A stretch of DNA of 64,000 nucleotides from Octopus bimaculoides (taxonomy: Eukaryota), in the NCBI RefSeq assembly GCF_001194135.2, contig NC_068987.1:24047567-24111566 (forward strand), read 5' to 3'. A model generated the notes under the pieces. The model was not told the origin of the DNA. It worked only from the letters and a program-made list of their open reading frames with translations, and made no database searches. The translations under genes and the position numbers were made by a program. Of this stretch, positions 50,901-61,900 are shown in pieces. Numbering within the stretch: the stretch's first letter is position 1; each line of letters begins with the position of its first letter.

Positions 50901-51354
50901 CAAACATTAATGCAACTTCCTCAAGATGTTATAGATGTGTTACTTGTAATCTATTCTTCATAATACCAGTTTTCTTTCTTCAAAATCTGGTAAAGTTCCT
51001 TAAATATACTGAATTCCACAATACCATCTCATTGTCACCACAAAACCTGAAATAAAAAATATAAGGTAAAAAGGACAATGTAAATGACAGTTATTAGAGA
51101 AATAGGGCTTGACTAGATTGAATGAGAGAATAAAAGGGGAAGAGCAGAAAAACAATATTAAGGATATCCATACATAACATCAGTTATGATGTGATGTATG
51201 GACAAGAACTTTTGAAAGGAAATAATGAGACACACAGATGTAGAAAGAAATCAAGAATTCTTTTTGTGGGAGTATACACATATAAATAACAAACAGTGTT
51301 GTCATCCACATAGAAGGTTGAAAAAAAAAGCAATGAAAATTTAACACAGTGCCC

Positions 51355-51581
51355 CTAGACTGGCTCCTGTGCAGGTGGCACGTAAAATACACCATTTTGA
51401 GCGTGGCCTTTGCCAGTACCGCCTGACTGGCCTTCGTGCCGGTGGTACGTAAAAGCACCCAGCTGTAGAAACTCTGCCAAATCAGATTGGAGCCTGGTGT
51501 AGCCATCTGGTTCACCAGTCCTCAGTCAAATCGTCCAACCCATGCTAGCATGGAAAGCGGACGTTAAACGATGATGATGAT
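51355..51581 (+). mobile_element. Young RTE-tail SINE/LINE 3' end with (GAT)n
   Basis: Near-identical reverse complement of 25108-25350 with an internal deletion. Confidence 0.8.
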
Positions 51582-51851
51582 TTGAAGAGAGTGGGGACTA
51601 GACCAGAACAATAACAATGTTACAATAAAAAATACAGAAAATACTGTGAAGGTGAGACACAATAGTGTGTAAATGGATGATGCATAGATGAGGTAATAAT
51701 GAAGTATACAGACGTAGAAAAACTGATAAAATTTTTATTTATTTATTTTGTGTGAGTGGACTATAATATAAATAGGTAACTCGGGGACACCATCAATTTA
51801 CTAAAGAAAACATACCCATCAAAACTAGGCAACAACAATACAGCGATGTAC

Positions 51852-52434
51852 NNNNNNNNNNNNNNNNNNNNNNNNNNNNNNNNNNNNNNNNNNNNNNNNN
51901 NNNNNNNNNNNNNNNNNNNNNNNNNNNNNNNNNNNNNNNNNNNNNNNNNNNNNNNNNNNNNNNNNNNNNNNNNNNNNNNNNNNNNNNNNNNNNNNNNNNN
52001 NNNNNNNNNNNNNNNNNNNNNNNNNNNNNNNNNNNNNNNNNNNNNNNNNNNNNNNNNNNNNNNNNNNNNNNNNNNNNNNNNNNNNNNNNNNNNNNNNNNN
52101 NNNNNNNNNNNNNNNNNNNNNNNNNNNNNNNNNNNNNNNNNNNNNNNNNNNNNNNNNNNNNNNNNNNNNNNNNNNNNNNNNNNNNNNNNNNNNNNNNNNN
52201 NNNNNNNNNNNNNNNNNNNNNNNNNNNNNNNNNNNNNNNNNNNNNNNNNNNNNNNNNNNNNNNNNNNNNNNNNNNNNNNNNNNNNNNNNNNNNNNNNNNN
52301 NNNNNNNNNNNNNNNNNNNNNNNNNNNNNNNNNNNNNNNNNNNNNNNNNNNNNNNNNNNNNNNNNNNNNNNNNNNNNNNNNNNNNNNNNNNNNNNNNNNN
52401 NNNNNNNNNNNNNNNNNNNNNNNNNNNNNNNNNN
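51852..52434. other. Assembly gap (N run)
   Basis: Ns. Confidence 1.
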
Positions 52435-52679
52435 TCACTGAGATGCAACACAATTTTGTCAGTGAACAGGTCGCGGTCTCAGAGCGAGGAAAATATTTTG
52501 ACAAATTAAATTTAAATGTTGAAGTGAATCTGACGGCTTTTGTGTGTTATTTTAAATGGCTTATAAACACCTTCCACGCTGCAATTGTTTACAATAAGTT
52601 TCTGTTCAAAAATTTTTTACCATTGTTTATTAATATTTTAAGTTGAATACAATGTTTCTATTGTTGTTTAAAGTTCTTC

Positions 52680-53472
52680 TATATCGTTAAATTGAAACTA
52701 AAATATCCACATTGAACACAAGATAAACGTAAATATTTAAACATATACAGATAGATGCCTCGTCAAAACACAAAACACTTTGGATGAACAAAACATACCG
52801 GGATCCAGAACAAACTGATATGGTTGAAAAGAGATTCAATGACAACAGAGAAAAAACAGGATTTGTTATTAATTATGACAATCTGTCACAAATGATACTT
52901 GAAAGTTGCCATGCTTAATGTTTGGCACATAGTTTCTGAAACTGAATGCTGTTAGTATTTAAATTCAATCGAGATTAAGCCTGAATGTAAATAACACCTG
53001 ACTACCAATAGATCATAATATGGATTATTACAACAGAGAAGTTTCTTGTACTAGAAATATTAAAATAATTAACAACTGACAAAGCATCAACTTAATGTTT
53101 TCTCTGTATTTGGTGAGATAATCAGATATATGGAGATATGTAGAGATATAATATACTCACTATATGTCTAGTCAAGCAATTCCACTGATTTCACAGAACC
53201 TTAGCAATAAACTTTAATGCAAACCTAGTTCATCAAATCTTCAGCCGTATTTTCGTAAAAAAAAAGACTTATTTTCTTTTTTCTCATTATGTTGTGCCGT
53301 AACACCGAGTGATGGTCTGATCTGTGAGTGTATGCTTATATATATATATATTTAGAGAGATAGAGATACTCAGTTTATGTGCAGTCAACCAACTTTATTT
53401 TCACAGAATCTACGCGGCATACTTTAATGCCAACTTAATTCATCAAATCATCAGCCGCGCTTTCGTAAAAAT
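52680..53472 (-). promoter_or_regulatory. Conserved promoter/first-exon block of ZF7 with duplicated motif
   Basis: TCAGCCGTATTTTCGTAAAA (core 53251-53260) and TCAGCCGCGCTTTCGTAAAA (core 53461-53470). Confidence 0.65.
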
Positions 53473-54840
53473 AGATACGTCTCTATTTTTAACTTTCTTC
53501 TCTTTGATTTTTATTTAGTTCTTTTTCTCTCTCTTTTATCTTCCTTTGTTAGGAAAAATTCTATTTTTGTGTATTAGCTACATGAACGATGTCATCATTC
53601 AAATAATATTTTTATCAAAATGGATGCACATACAAGAAAACAGAGCAAGTTGATCAATTCTTTGTGAGTGAATTTGACAGATGCAGAAGGCCATTGTATA
53701 TGTATATGTGTGTCAGCCATTTAGGTTTGTTTATGTCTCTATAATCTAGCAGTGTCACACCAATAAAATACTAACTAGACTTAGAAAATAAGAACTGGGG
53801 TCAATTTGGTCAACTTAACCATTTAGGGCAGTACTCCATCATGGGCGTTGACAATCTGGTGTGTTTGTTTGCCAGCCCAGGTTTCGCTGCTCATCAAGCT
53901 GAGAAGAGTAAGCTATCGACCACTCTCTAACTGATTTGTAGTCCAACCTGTGGGTGTGGAGACCCCCAGCCTACATCCCTGCTCACAGCTCTTGGGCAGA
54001 GATGGCTATCAACAAATGCAAACCCTGTTAGTCAGAGTGGCTGTTCCAGTGCATCTTCCTCACCATCCTCCTGGGCAATACCTTTCCATTTTGTCCACCA
54101 GGACCATGAGGCAGACTGACAAGTCTTATAAACATAGCAACAAAAATGGCATTAAATAAAAACCAAGTTTATATACAACTGTTTGTTTGGTTATCTATGA
54201 CCGAGATGTATCTCATACTTTCGCACTGTGTTAGTGTGTAAAAGACTATATTTACATTTTGCTTGCTGTACGAAAGCAAGGACAGGAGAAACAATGTCTG
54301 TCACTAATTAATATTACTTTACTTTTTCCAAAAGTTGACAAATTGGTGAAATTGTAAGGGAATCTTAAAAAAATGCATTGTGGTATTTGTTTCAACTCTT
54401 TACATTCTGAGATCAAATCCTGCTGAGGTTATATTGCCTGTCATCTGCCCAAGTTTGATAAAATAAAGTACCAGTTAAGTTCAATGGTACTGACTGACCT
54501 ATCATCTCAAAATATTTGACTTTGTACTTAAATCAGAAACTATTTTCCTTTTCTGGTAGCATAAACGACCATTTCAAATCTGTTCCAACATATATTTTGA
54601 CTTGATCAGCTGAGTTGTCAGATTTTCAAAAGTCCAAGTCAGAACACTAAAACATATTATTGTATTTAGTCAGATATTGATATAATTTACAATGTGGACA
54701 CACCCTTTGAAAACAAAGTGACTGGTTTCAGTCTTAATGAATCTCTTCACAGTAACCAGTGTCGGTATATATTTATAATGGACATGAAGGTTTAGATACC
54801 TGTGGAGTATCTCCCTCTTCTTCTCCCATTATAATTGTTT

Positions 54841-55489
54841 TGTAGTTTCAAGAAGCTGGAACGGGTCACTGATTTGTGATGTCTGTGCGAAGTGAGGTGA
54901 TGAGAATGGCTCCTTAGTACACCACACGGTCGATACAATAAATATAAATAGAACAATGCATATATGTGCCAGAGGGAAATAAGAGACACAACTGGGTAGA
55001 ACGTTTAAGAGATTTATTGATATGTTAACATGTGTGATTGTGTGTGCGTCATATTTACAGAATAATTGGCAAGCCATCATAAGAAGATGTATGCGTATGT
55101 AGAAAGATGTTGACATTAGGACAAATGGTGGCGACGGAGATGGAGGTCACTGAATGCTGCTGGACAAAGTTGATGAGTCTCCATGTGGCTGCTGTTGTGT
55201 TGTCGCTGGAAATGGCGGTGTCTTCTGTGGTCAGTGGTTAGACTTTAAAATGCCTGAAACCAAAGACATCGAGATGAGGAAAAGTTAGGTTTTTTTATAA
55301 GGAGTTGTGGGCTCAGCTGATGTAGAAAACAGGCTTGTCATACGTGACCTTATTTGAAGGCTGTGGTTGGTTGGGTTGCATATTGGCACGCGATAGAGCA
55401 AGAGACAAATTGTGTCAATACCGACCAATCAGAGTAGTGGACACAACAGGGTCCAAAATGTGGTCAAATGCTAGCGGTTATCTACTACA
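54841..55489 (-). mobile_element. Candidate solo LTR
   Basis: Inverted termini TGTAGT...ACTACA; minus strand has CCAAT-type box (~55425), TATAAAA (~55293-55299) and AATAAA (~55015); no TSD found. Confidence 0.35.
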
Positions 55490-55814
55490 TTCGTATGTAT
55501 ATATAATAGAGAGGAGAGGAATTTCACTCAAGTGTACACGACATATTTACTAATAAACTGTGTCAACTAATATATAAATGTATATAAGCTTTTTTGTTCA
55601 GTTTGAATTATTACTGGTTGATGTCTGAAGGGAAAACATGGGCAGGGAAGGAGTTCTAGATATAATTTTTTTTAATACAAGTTTTTGTGTGAGATACAGG
55701 GTGGTTTGAGTGACTGAAACGATGTTTGGCAGTTCAGAAGAGCAGAGGATGCTATATAGCAAAGAAATAAAAAGAAGCTATAATATACTAGTGAGTTATC
55801 ACATGCAATGTGAA

Positions 55815-55990
55815 TAAATGTAGTGGTTAGAATGCTGAATTCATGATGGTAAGATTGAGGTTTTGATTTATGGACCAGGTGATGTGCTGAGCAAAATATT
55901 TAATTTCACATTGCTCCAGTCCACTCAGCTGGCAAAAATGAGTAATCCAGCAATGGACCAGCATCTTGTTTAGAGATGGAGGGGATATAT
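55815..55990 (+). mobile_element. Degenerate SINE (family of 16486-16811)
   Basis: TTTCACATTGCTCCAGTCCACTCAGCTGGCAAAAATGAG shared central domain. Confidence 0.6.
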
Positions 55991-56494
55991 ATATATGCCA
56001 CACAATCCAAGGAACCAGTTTTATGAGCCTATGGCTCAGGATGAACATTTGATCTTCTCTAGTTCTTTTAATTTTTTATCATAATCATGTGGATGAGACT
56101 AATGACTTTTATAACCAAATTGTAAGTAAATTTAATTAGCTTCTTAACAAGATTTCTACTATTTCTACTCTACACATATTAGTAATACTCTGAATTTAAT
56201 TATTTTAAACCCACAGGTCCACATAGTTACCAGGTCTAGATACATCAGTGGTGATTTTAGGTCAACAAGGATACTCATCTTGATGTTGTTTCTGACTCAA
56301 AAAAAATGAACGAGGTCCAGGTTATCAACATACAGGGAACTCTGACATGTAACTAGATGTAAATTCCATTGTAATTACCACAATGAACTTTGAGTCTAAA
56401 TATACATAATATTCTGAACTAGTTTACTGACTCTGCATCTTGCTTATGGCAACATTATAAGTGTGTGTGCATTTGTGTGTGATGACATATATAT

Positions 56495-56852
56495 ATATAT
56501 ATCCTTCCAGTGTGAATGGTTTTTTATACAATGCCATTTTAAAAATCCTGTAAATAATAATAATGGTATTTTTATATAATCTTAGAACTTATGGCAATCA
56601 GTGTGCAATGACCAAGGAAGATAGTCTGATAAAGGGGCATATAAGTCCTCGACTGAAAAAAGAAGGCTTTCCTATCCAATATATATATCCTTCCGGTACA
56701 AATATTTTTTATATGGCACCATTTTTACAATCCTATAAATAATAATAATGGTATTTTTATATAAGCTTAAAGCTTATGGCGGTCAGCGTGCAATGACAAA
56801 GGAAAATAGTCTAATATAAGCCCTCAACAGAAAAAAGAAGGCTTTTCTATCT
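56495..56852. repeat. Diverged tandem duplication of a ~185-bp unit
   Basis: Two copies of ATATATCCTTCC...AAATAATAATAATGGTATTTTT...CTTATGGC...AAAAAAGAAGGCTTT. Confidence 0.75.
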
Positions 56853-57336
56853 CCTGCTTTGGCATGGTTTCTATGTCAACCATTTTACAGTGTACAGGGT
56901 GCTTATTATGTGGCACCGGCACTGGTACTTTTTATGTAGTACCAACACCAGTAGAGGCACCAAGTAACTTGCAAGATGAATACTTATTAGCAGGGAGAGG
57001 GAGTGAAAGGTTAGAGAATAATAGGACAAAGATAAGAGTCTTACCATGAAGAAGAGATAGAGAGAAAGATAGAGACAGTCAGATTGAGAGAGGGGGAGGG
57101 GAATAGATGGTGTTGAAGATACATTGGGATCTGCCTGTAAGTATAAGCAGTACAAAGGGGACAGAAAGGCATGCTCCATTAGAGTGTGAAGGGAGCAGCA
57201 TGGAAGACGGATTTTAAATGATGATGTGCTGGAGCAAAATTTGACAGCTTGCATGAAAGGAAAAGAAAACAATATTCTGTCAAAAAAAATAAAAGTACTT
57301 TAAAAAATAACAACTAGATAATGGTTGGAAGGTGAC

Positions 57337-57920
57337 AGTTTACTCAAAGTAGCCATCCTCAGTTTCTATCACAGCAGCCACAAGATGGCTCTGGAACCTG
57401 GTGTACGTATTGCTCAGTGTCTCTGGGAAGATCTTTAAATACCTCCTTGATCTTAGCCACCAGTTCAGCTGTGGTATTGTAGGCAGAGCAGTTGGTGTCT
57501 TTCTCGACCATACCCCACACAAAGTATTCCATGGGATTACAATTAGAGAATTAGGAGGCGAGAAGTTGGGGCTGATAAAGTCATAGAAATTCTCTGACAA
57601 CCACTTTTGACTCTTTCTGAAGGTATAACAAAGAGCTGAATCCTGCTGCCACACACATGGCCTTCCAGCAGCTTCACATAGCCATCTGAAATGAGCCTAA
57701 AGCCCTGATCAAATATGTGGGTATGAATTCCAGTGTGTAGATGCAATTAGAACGTCTGCTGTGTCCCTTCTTGCTGGCCATGGCTTTGTAGCCTCTGTTG
57801 CAGCTGTCCAGGTCTTACAACTTTTACAGAGCACTGAGCAGCAGTTATGATGCTGGCATTTTGATACCTGGTGCAAATCATTATGATACATGTAACTCTT
57901 TTTCAATATTCAGATGGCTT
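57337..57920 (-). mobile_element. Degenerate Tc1/mariner-superfamily (DD37D/maT-like) transposase
   Basis: HIFDQGFRLISDGYVKLLE, WQQDSA..T.RKSQKWLSENFYDF.SPN..PPNS and AVIETEDGYFE* in shifting frames. Confidence 0.8.
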
Positions 57921-58689
57921 CCAATCTCCCATGTCAGCTAACTTTTTCTTAACAACTTTAATGTTAATGCTTTCCAGTGCTGTTGATTGTTTACAAATTC
58001 ATCAAGCTGTTCCTGAAAAAAAAAAGGTGACATAAAAAAATCATCAAATTTAGCTAAGCACCCTGTGTATGTGTGTGTGCTTTTACTAACGAAGGCTTGC
58101 CTCTCTTTTAATAGTTTTTGACATTTTGAATGCCATACTGTACAAAATAACTAGTTTTATTTAAGGTAAAGCATTTATATCAAATCATCCTACTTCCAAA
58201 TACTTCTAATAGAAAGAAACGGTGTAATAGTTTTTATAGATTATTGCAACTTTACTTGAAAGACAGAAAAATATATCAATCACAAAATAGAACAGTTCAT
58301 AGCATTAAAATTATGACAAATGTCTGTGTAAACAGAGTGGATATTAAAGTTAATAATTTAAAAATATATATTTTTGATCTTTAATAATCTCATAGAGAGG
58401 TCTATACGTTTATGTAAATTTCCTTTTATAAAACATTAAACTGTTTCATATTTACAATGTTTTAGCCAAATTAGGTCAAAATGACATGTAAGTCTATATT
58501 CCGTTCCATTGCCATGTTGAACATTCTGGAAAGAAGTTTTTAAAAAGTATGTAGTTTATGTTTGTTAGAGACAAACATTGTTATGAAAACATAGTTCTTA
58601 TCCACTTTCTGTAATGTTCCCCAAAAATTTCATTGTATTATGCCTCATAGAAATTTGCTTGTGAATTTATGAAGTTTTTCAAAATGATT

Positions 58690-59580
58690 CTATTCTTTTA
58701 CTGTTACTTGTCCATGGGCCTTTTTTTTATGATGTCTCAAACTCCTATTCTCAGAGTAAGTTTTACCACAAATATCACAATGATATGGTTTTACACCAGT
58801 GTGTACAGGTTTGTGACGGTTTAAATTCTGATTGTCAGCATATGATTTGCCACAAATATCACAAGTGTATGGTCTTTCACCTGTGTGACCACGTATATGA
58901 AGTGTTAAATGACCTCTCTGAGAGAAGGATTTACCACAGGTATCACAGTGAAATGGATTCTCACCTGTGTGAATACGTACATGTTGAGTTAAATGACCAT
59001 TCTGAGAGAATGTTTTCCCACAGATATCACAGTGGTATGGCTTCTCACCAGTGTGTATGCGTACATGTTGAGTTAAATGACTATTGTCAGAAAACGTTTT
59101 ACCACAGATTTCACAGTAGTATGGGTTGTCACCAGTGTGCACACGTATATGCTTAGTTAATGAACTATTGCCAGAGAATGTTTTACCACAAATATCACAA
59201 TGGTATGGCTTTTCTCCAGTGTGTACACGTATGTGTTGAGTTAAACCACTTCTGTCAGAGAAACTCTTTCCACAAATATCACAGTTGTATGGTTTTTCTC
59301 CAGTGTGCATGCGTATGTGTCTAGTTAATCTATTACTGTCACAAAATTTTTTTCCACAGATATCACAGTGGTGTGGATTATCACCAGTGTGCATGCGTAC
59401 ATGTCTTGTCAATGCACTGTTACCAGAAAATGTTTTTCCACAGGTATCACAAGGGAATGACTTCTGTCTTATGTGAACCTGTTTGTGTTGAGTCAGACTA
59501 TTACAGACAGAGAATGTTTTCCCACATATATCACAGTGATATGGTTTCTCACCTGTGTGAGTACGTTTGTGATTAGTCAT
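58690..59580 (-). CDS. ZF8: leaderless C2H2 zinc-finger protein, 10 fingers, 296 aa
   Basis: Intact ORF starting MTNHKRTH; shares the C-terminal cassette. Confidence 0.88.
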   Translation of the reverse strand: MTNHKRTHTGEKPYHCDICGKTFSVCNSLTQHKQVHIRQKSFPCDTCGKTFSGNSALTRHVRMHTGDNPHHCDICGKKFCDSNRLTRHIRMHTGEKPYNCDICGKSFSDRSGLTQHIRVHTGEKPYHCDICGKTFSGNSSLTKHIRVHTGDNPYYCEICGKTFSDNSHLTQHVRIHTGEKPYHCDICGKTFSQNGHLTQHVRIHTGENPFHCDTCGKSFSQRGHLTLHIRGHTGERPYTCDICGKSYADNQNLNRHKPVHTGVKPYHCDICGKTYSENRSLRHHKKKAHGQVTVKE

Positions 59581-59627
59581 TTTACCTCCTTCAGAAAATA
59601 TTTCTGCATACCATGCTGATAACTTTT

Positions 59628-59670
<43 letters not shown>

Positions 59671-60200
59671 GTGTGTGTGTATACAGTTAATTTACCTTTC
59701 TGCAAGAAACTTTTCTCACAGATTTCAGTGATGATTTCTCACCTGAATGAATATATTTGGATTTAGTCAAATACCTTACTGTGTAATTGTTCTACCATAG
59801 ATATCACAGTAGTTTGGCTTTTCACCAGTATGAACACATTTATGCTTGGCCAAATTATTGTTGTCAGAGAAAATTATGGCAAGATTATGCATTGGCAAGC
59901 TTTGTATTTCTGAACATTTTTACAGAGACAGCTGTTTTTAGCAACTGATGTACTGTGAATCCTAATAGGTTTGAGTTGGTATGAAGTGTTCTATTATGAA
60001 TTATAAAAATTTTGATCTGGTATGAAGTAATTTTTGTTTAAATAAGGCTTTAGATTATGTGAATACTTTCTTCTTGATGTTTTTGTGATGTGATTTATTC
60101 TGTACACCTACACATGACAGATTCTGTATGTTACCATGCTTCATGTCTCAGTTGCAATATGTTTACAGCCTTAAATTATATTTCAAAGTCACTTATTTGA
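59581..60200 (-). pseudogene. Decayed leader/fingers upstream of ZF8, interrupted by a microsatellite
   Basis: Remnants KNVQKYKACQCII.., [26 protein letters not shown] align to ZF4/ZF5 fingers 1-3 with stops and frameshifts. Confidence 0.8.
59630..59683. repeat. Compound (AT)n(ATGT)(GT)n microsatellite
   Basis: Direct reading. Confidence 0.9.
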
Positions 60201-61046
60201 GGTTATAAAGAACAGCCACTTGTGTACTTCATGTCATAATGTATATCTTCTGTCTTCAAAACCGGACAGATTTCTTTTAAATAAAAGGAATCTATCGTTA
60301 CCATTTCAATGTCACCAGAAAACCTGAAATAAAGAATATAAGGTATAAAAGGACAATGAAAAGCTAACATGGATGTTATTAGAGAAATGGGGCTTGACTA
60401 GATTGAATGAAAGAATAACAGGGAAAGAGAAGACATGAAATAAATCATCTAAATTCCAGATCAGAAACTAGTCAGCTACTTTAAGAGGATTTGTTGCTTT
60501 TCAGCAATAACACAATCAACACTGTGATAGAAATATCGACCATTTGATTACATGTATATCCATACATTGTCGGTGTGAAGTGACATTTGATTTTCAACTT
60601 GAAATAGTTTTATTGATTTACTGATTGTTACATATATCTATGTAATAACGTAATTGTAAGGTGCGGATGCTGAGCAAATTTAATTGGTTTCTTTTATTCC
60701 CCACCACTCTCTACAAAAGATGTTAAAAGTTATTTTGAAAAGCAAAGCTGTTGCAACATTTCGTCGTCATTATTATGTCCCTTTAATCAACGAACTTTAT
60801 ATAATGACGTCCGTGAACAGCGTTTCTGATTTCACTATCAACATTTGTTGAACACCGCTTGAAATTGATAGAAAGGACTATAGGAGACATTGAACCTTTG
60901 ATATTATAAAGAGGAGTGGTGGTCAGGGAAATGTTGAATGGTGAAGGTAAAATAACAGAAAACGAGAAACATTAGAAGACATTATCAGTATAGTGACAGA
61001 TAGATGAAAAACCTCTGATGGAATATATGATACAGGTTGTGATGTG

Positions 61047-61178
61047 GGTAAATTTTCAGATTAACACTTGCATGATTTTCACTAGGGTGTTAGGGTTACG
61101 GTTTTAGGGTTAGGGAATTCCGTCCCTAACCCTAACACCCTAGTGAAAATCGTGCGGGTGTTAATCTGAAAATTTACC
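61047..61178. mobile_element. Merlin-like palindromic MITE with internal TTAGGG repeats, 8-bp TSD
   Basis: ~52-bp TIRs GGTAAATTTTCAGATTAACAC...; TSD GTGATGTG at 61039-61046 and 61179-61186. Confidence 0.85.
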
Positions 61179-61219
61179 GTGATGTGTACAATAATAAAAG
61201 TGTTCACAACAAAAGGCGT

Positions 61220-61900
61220 ATTTACACAGGTGTGCCCCGCCCCCTGACTTTGTTTCCTCATATCTATTTTTCAATATGTTCTACAAATACGTTTCAGATG
61301 GTGTAGATTACGACTATATTAGAATTTGTTGCGAATTTTTTTTCATGGGTGGTTAGAAGAGTTTCAGATAATTTACATGTCCTGACTTTTATTTCCTCAT
61401 ATGTTTTGATGATGATTACAAATATGTTGAAACAAAAAAAAAATTTTTTTTGAGGAGTATTCTACCTTTTCCCTTTTGGAATATGTTGAATGAATATTAA
61501 AAAGAAAAAATGAAAACGTCAAGACCCATAGCATACTAAATCGCCTTACCAATAAATTCACCTCTGATAATTTTATTTTTCAAATTATGACGGTATTTCT
61601 GGAAATTTTCATTTTATTAGAAAATATTCATGTAGCGAACTCCAGAAGGGAAAGGGAGGAACAGTCCCCAAAAGTAATTTTTTTACACAAATCGTAATCT
61701 ACATAATCATATTTTTTAAAACATAATTGGAATATACATCATCAGAACGTATGAGGAAACAAAGTCAGGATGTGTGAAATATCTGCTCCCCCGATCAGTT
61801 TTTCTTTTCTTATATTAAATTCCGATATAATCGTAATCTAAACCATATGAAAGGTATTTGCGCAAAGTTTCATTAAAAATATATCAATTTTTCAAAATGT
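61220..61900. mobile_element. Degenerate foldback/MITE-like element
   Basis: Perfect inverted 20-mer CCTGACTTTGTTTCCTCATA (~61243) / TATGAGGAAACAAAGTCAGG (~61751); end motif AAGTTTCATTAAAAATATATCAATTTTTC resembles motifs at ~10100 and ~17180. Confidence 0.5.

Noticed and set aside
51761-52646. 208-266 aa ORFs
   Set aside because: Span an N gap; artefacts
2681-59576. Numerous plus-strand ORFs antisense to ZF genes (MVFHLCEHVHV..., [10 protein letters not shown]...) and minus-strand ones over ZF3
   Set aside because: Shadow frames of the 84-nt finger repeat; periodic, stop-interrupted, no independent coding signal
2622-59580. 84-nt periodic repeats as a CRISPR or satellite array
   Set aside because: They are coding C2H2 finger units in a eukaryotic locus; no repeat-spacer structure or cas genes
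50296-59600. Idea that ZF7 and ZF8 share one ancestral TGA before the internal Met
   Set aside because: ZF8 aligns without indels as EIFSEGGKM with no in-frame stop, so a shared stop is not supported
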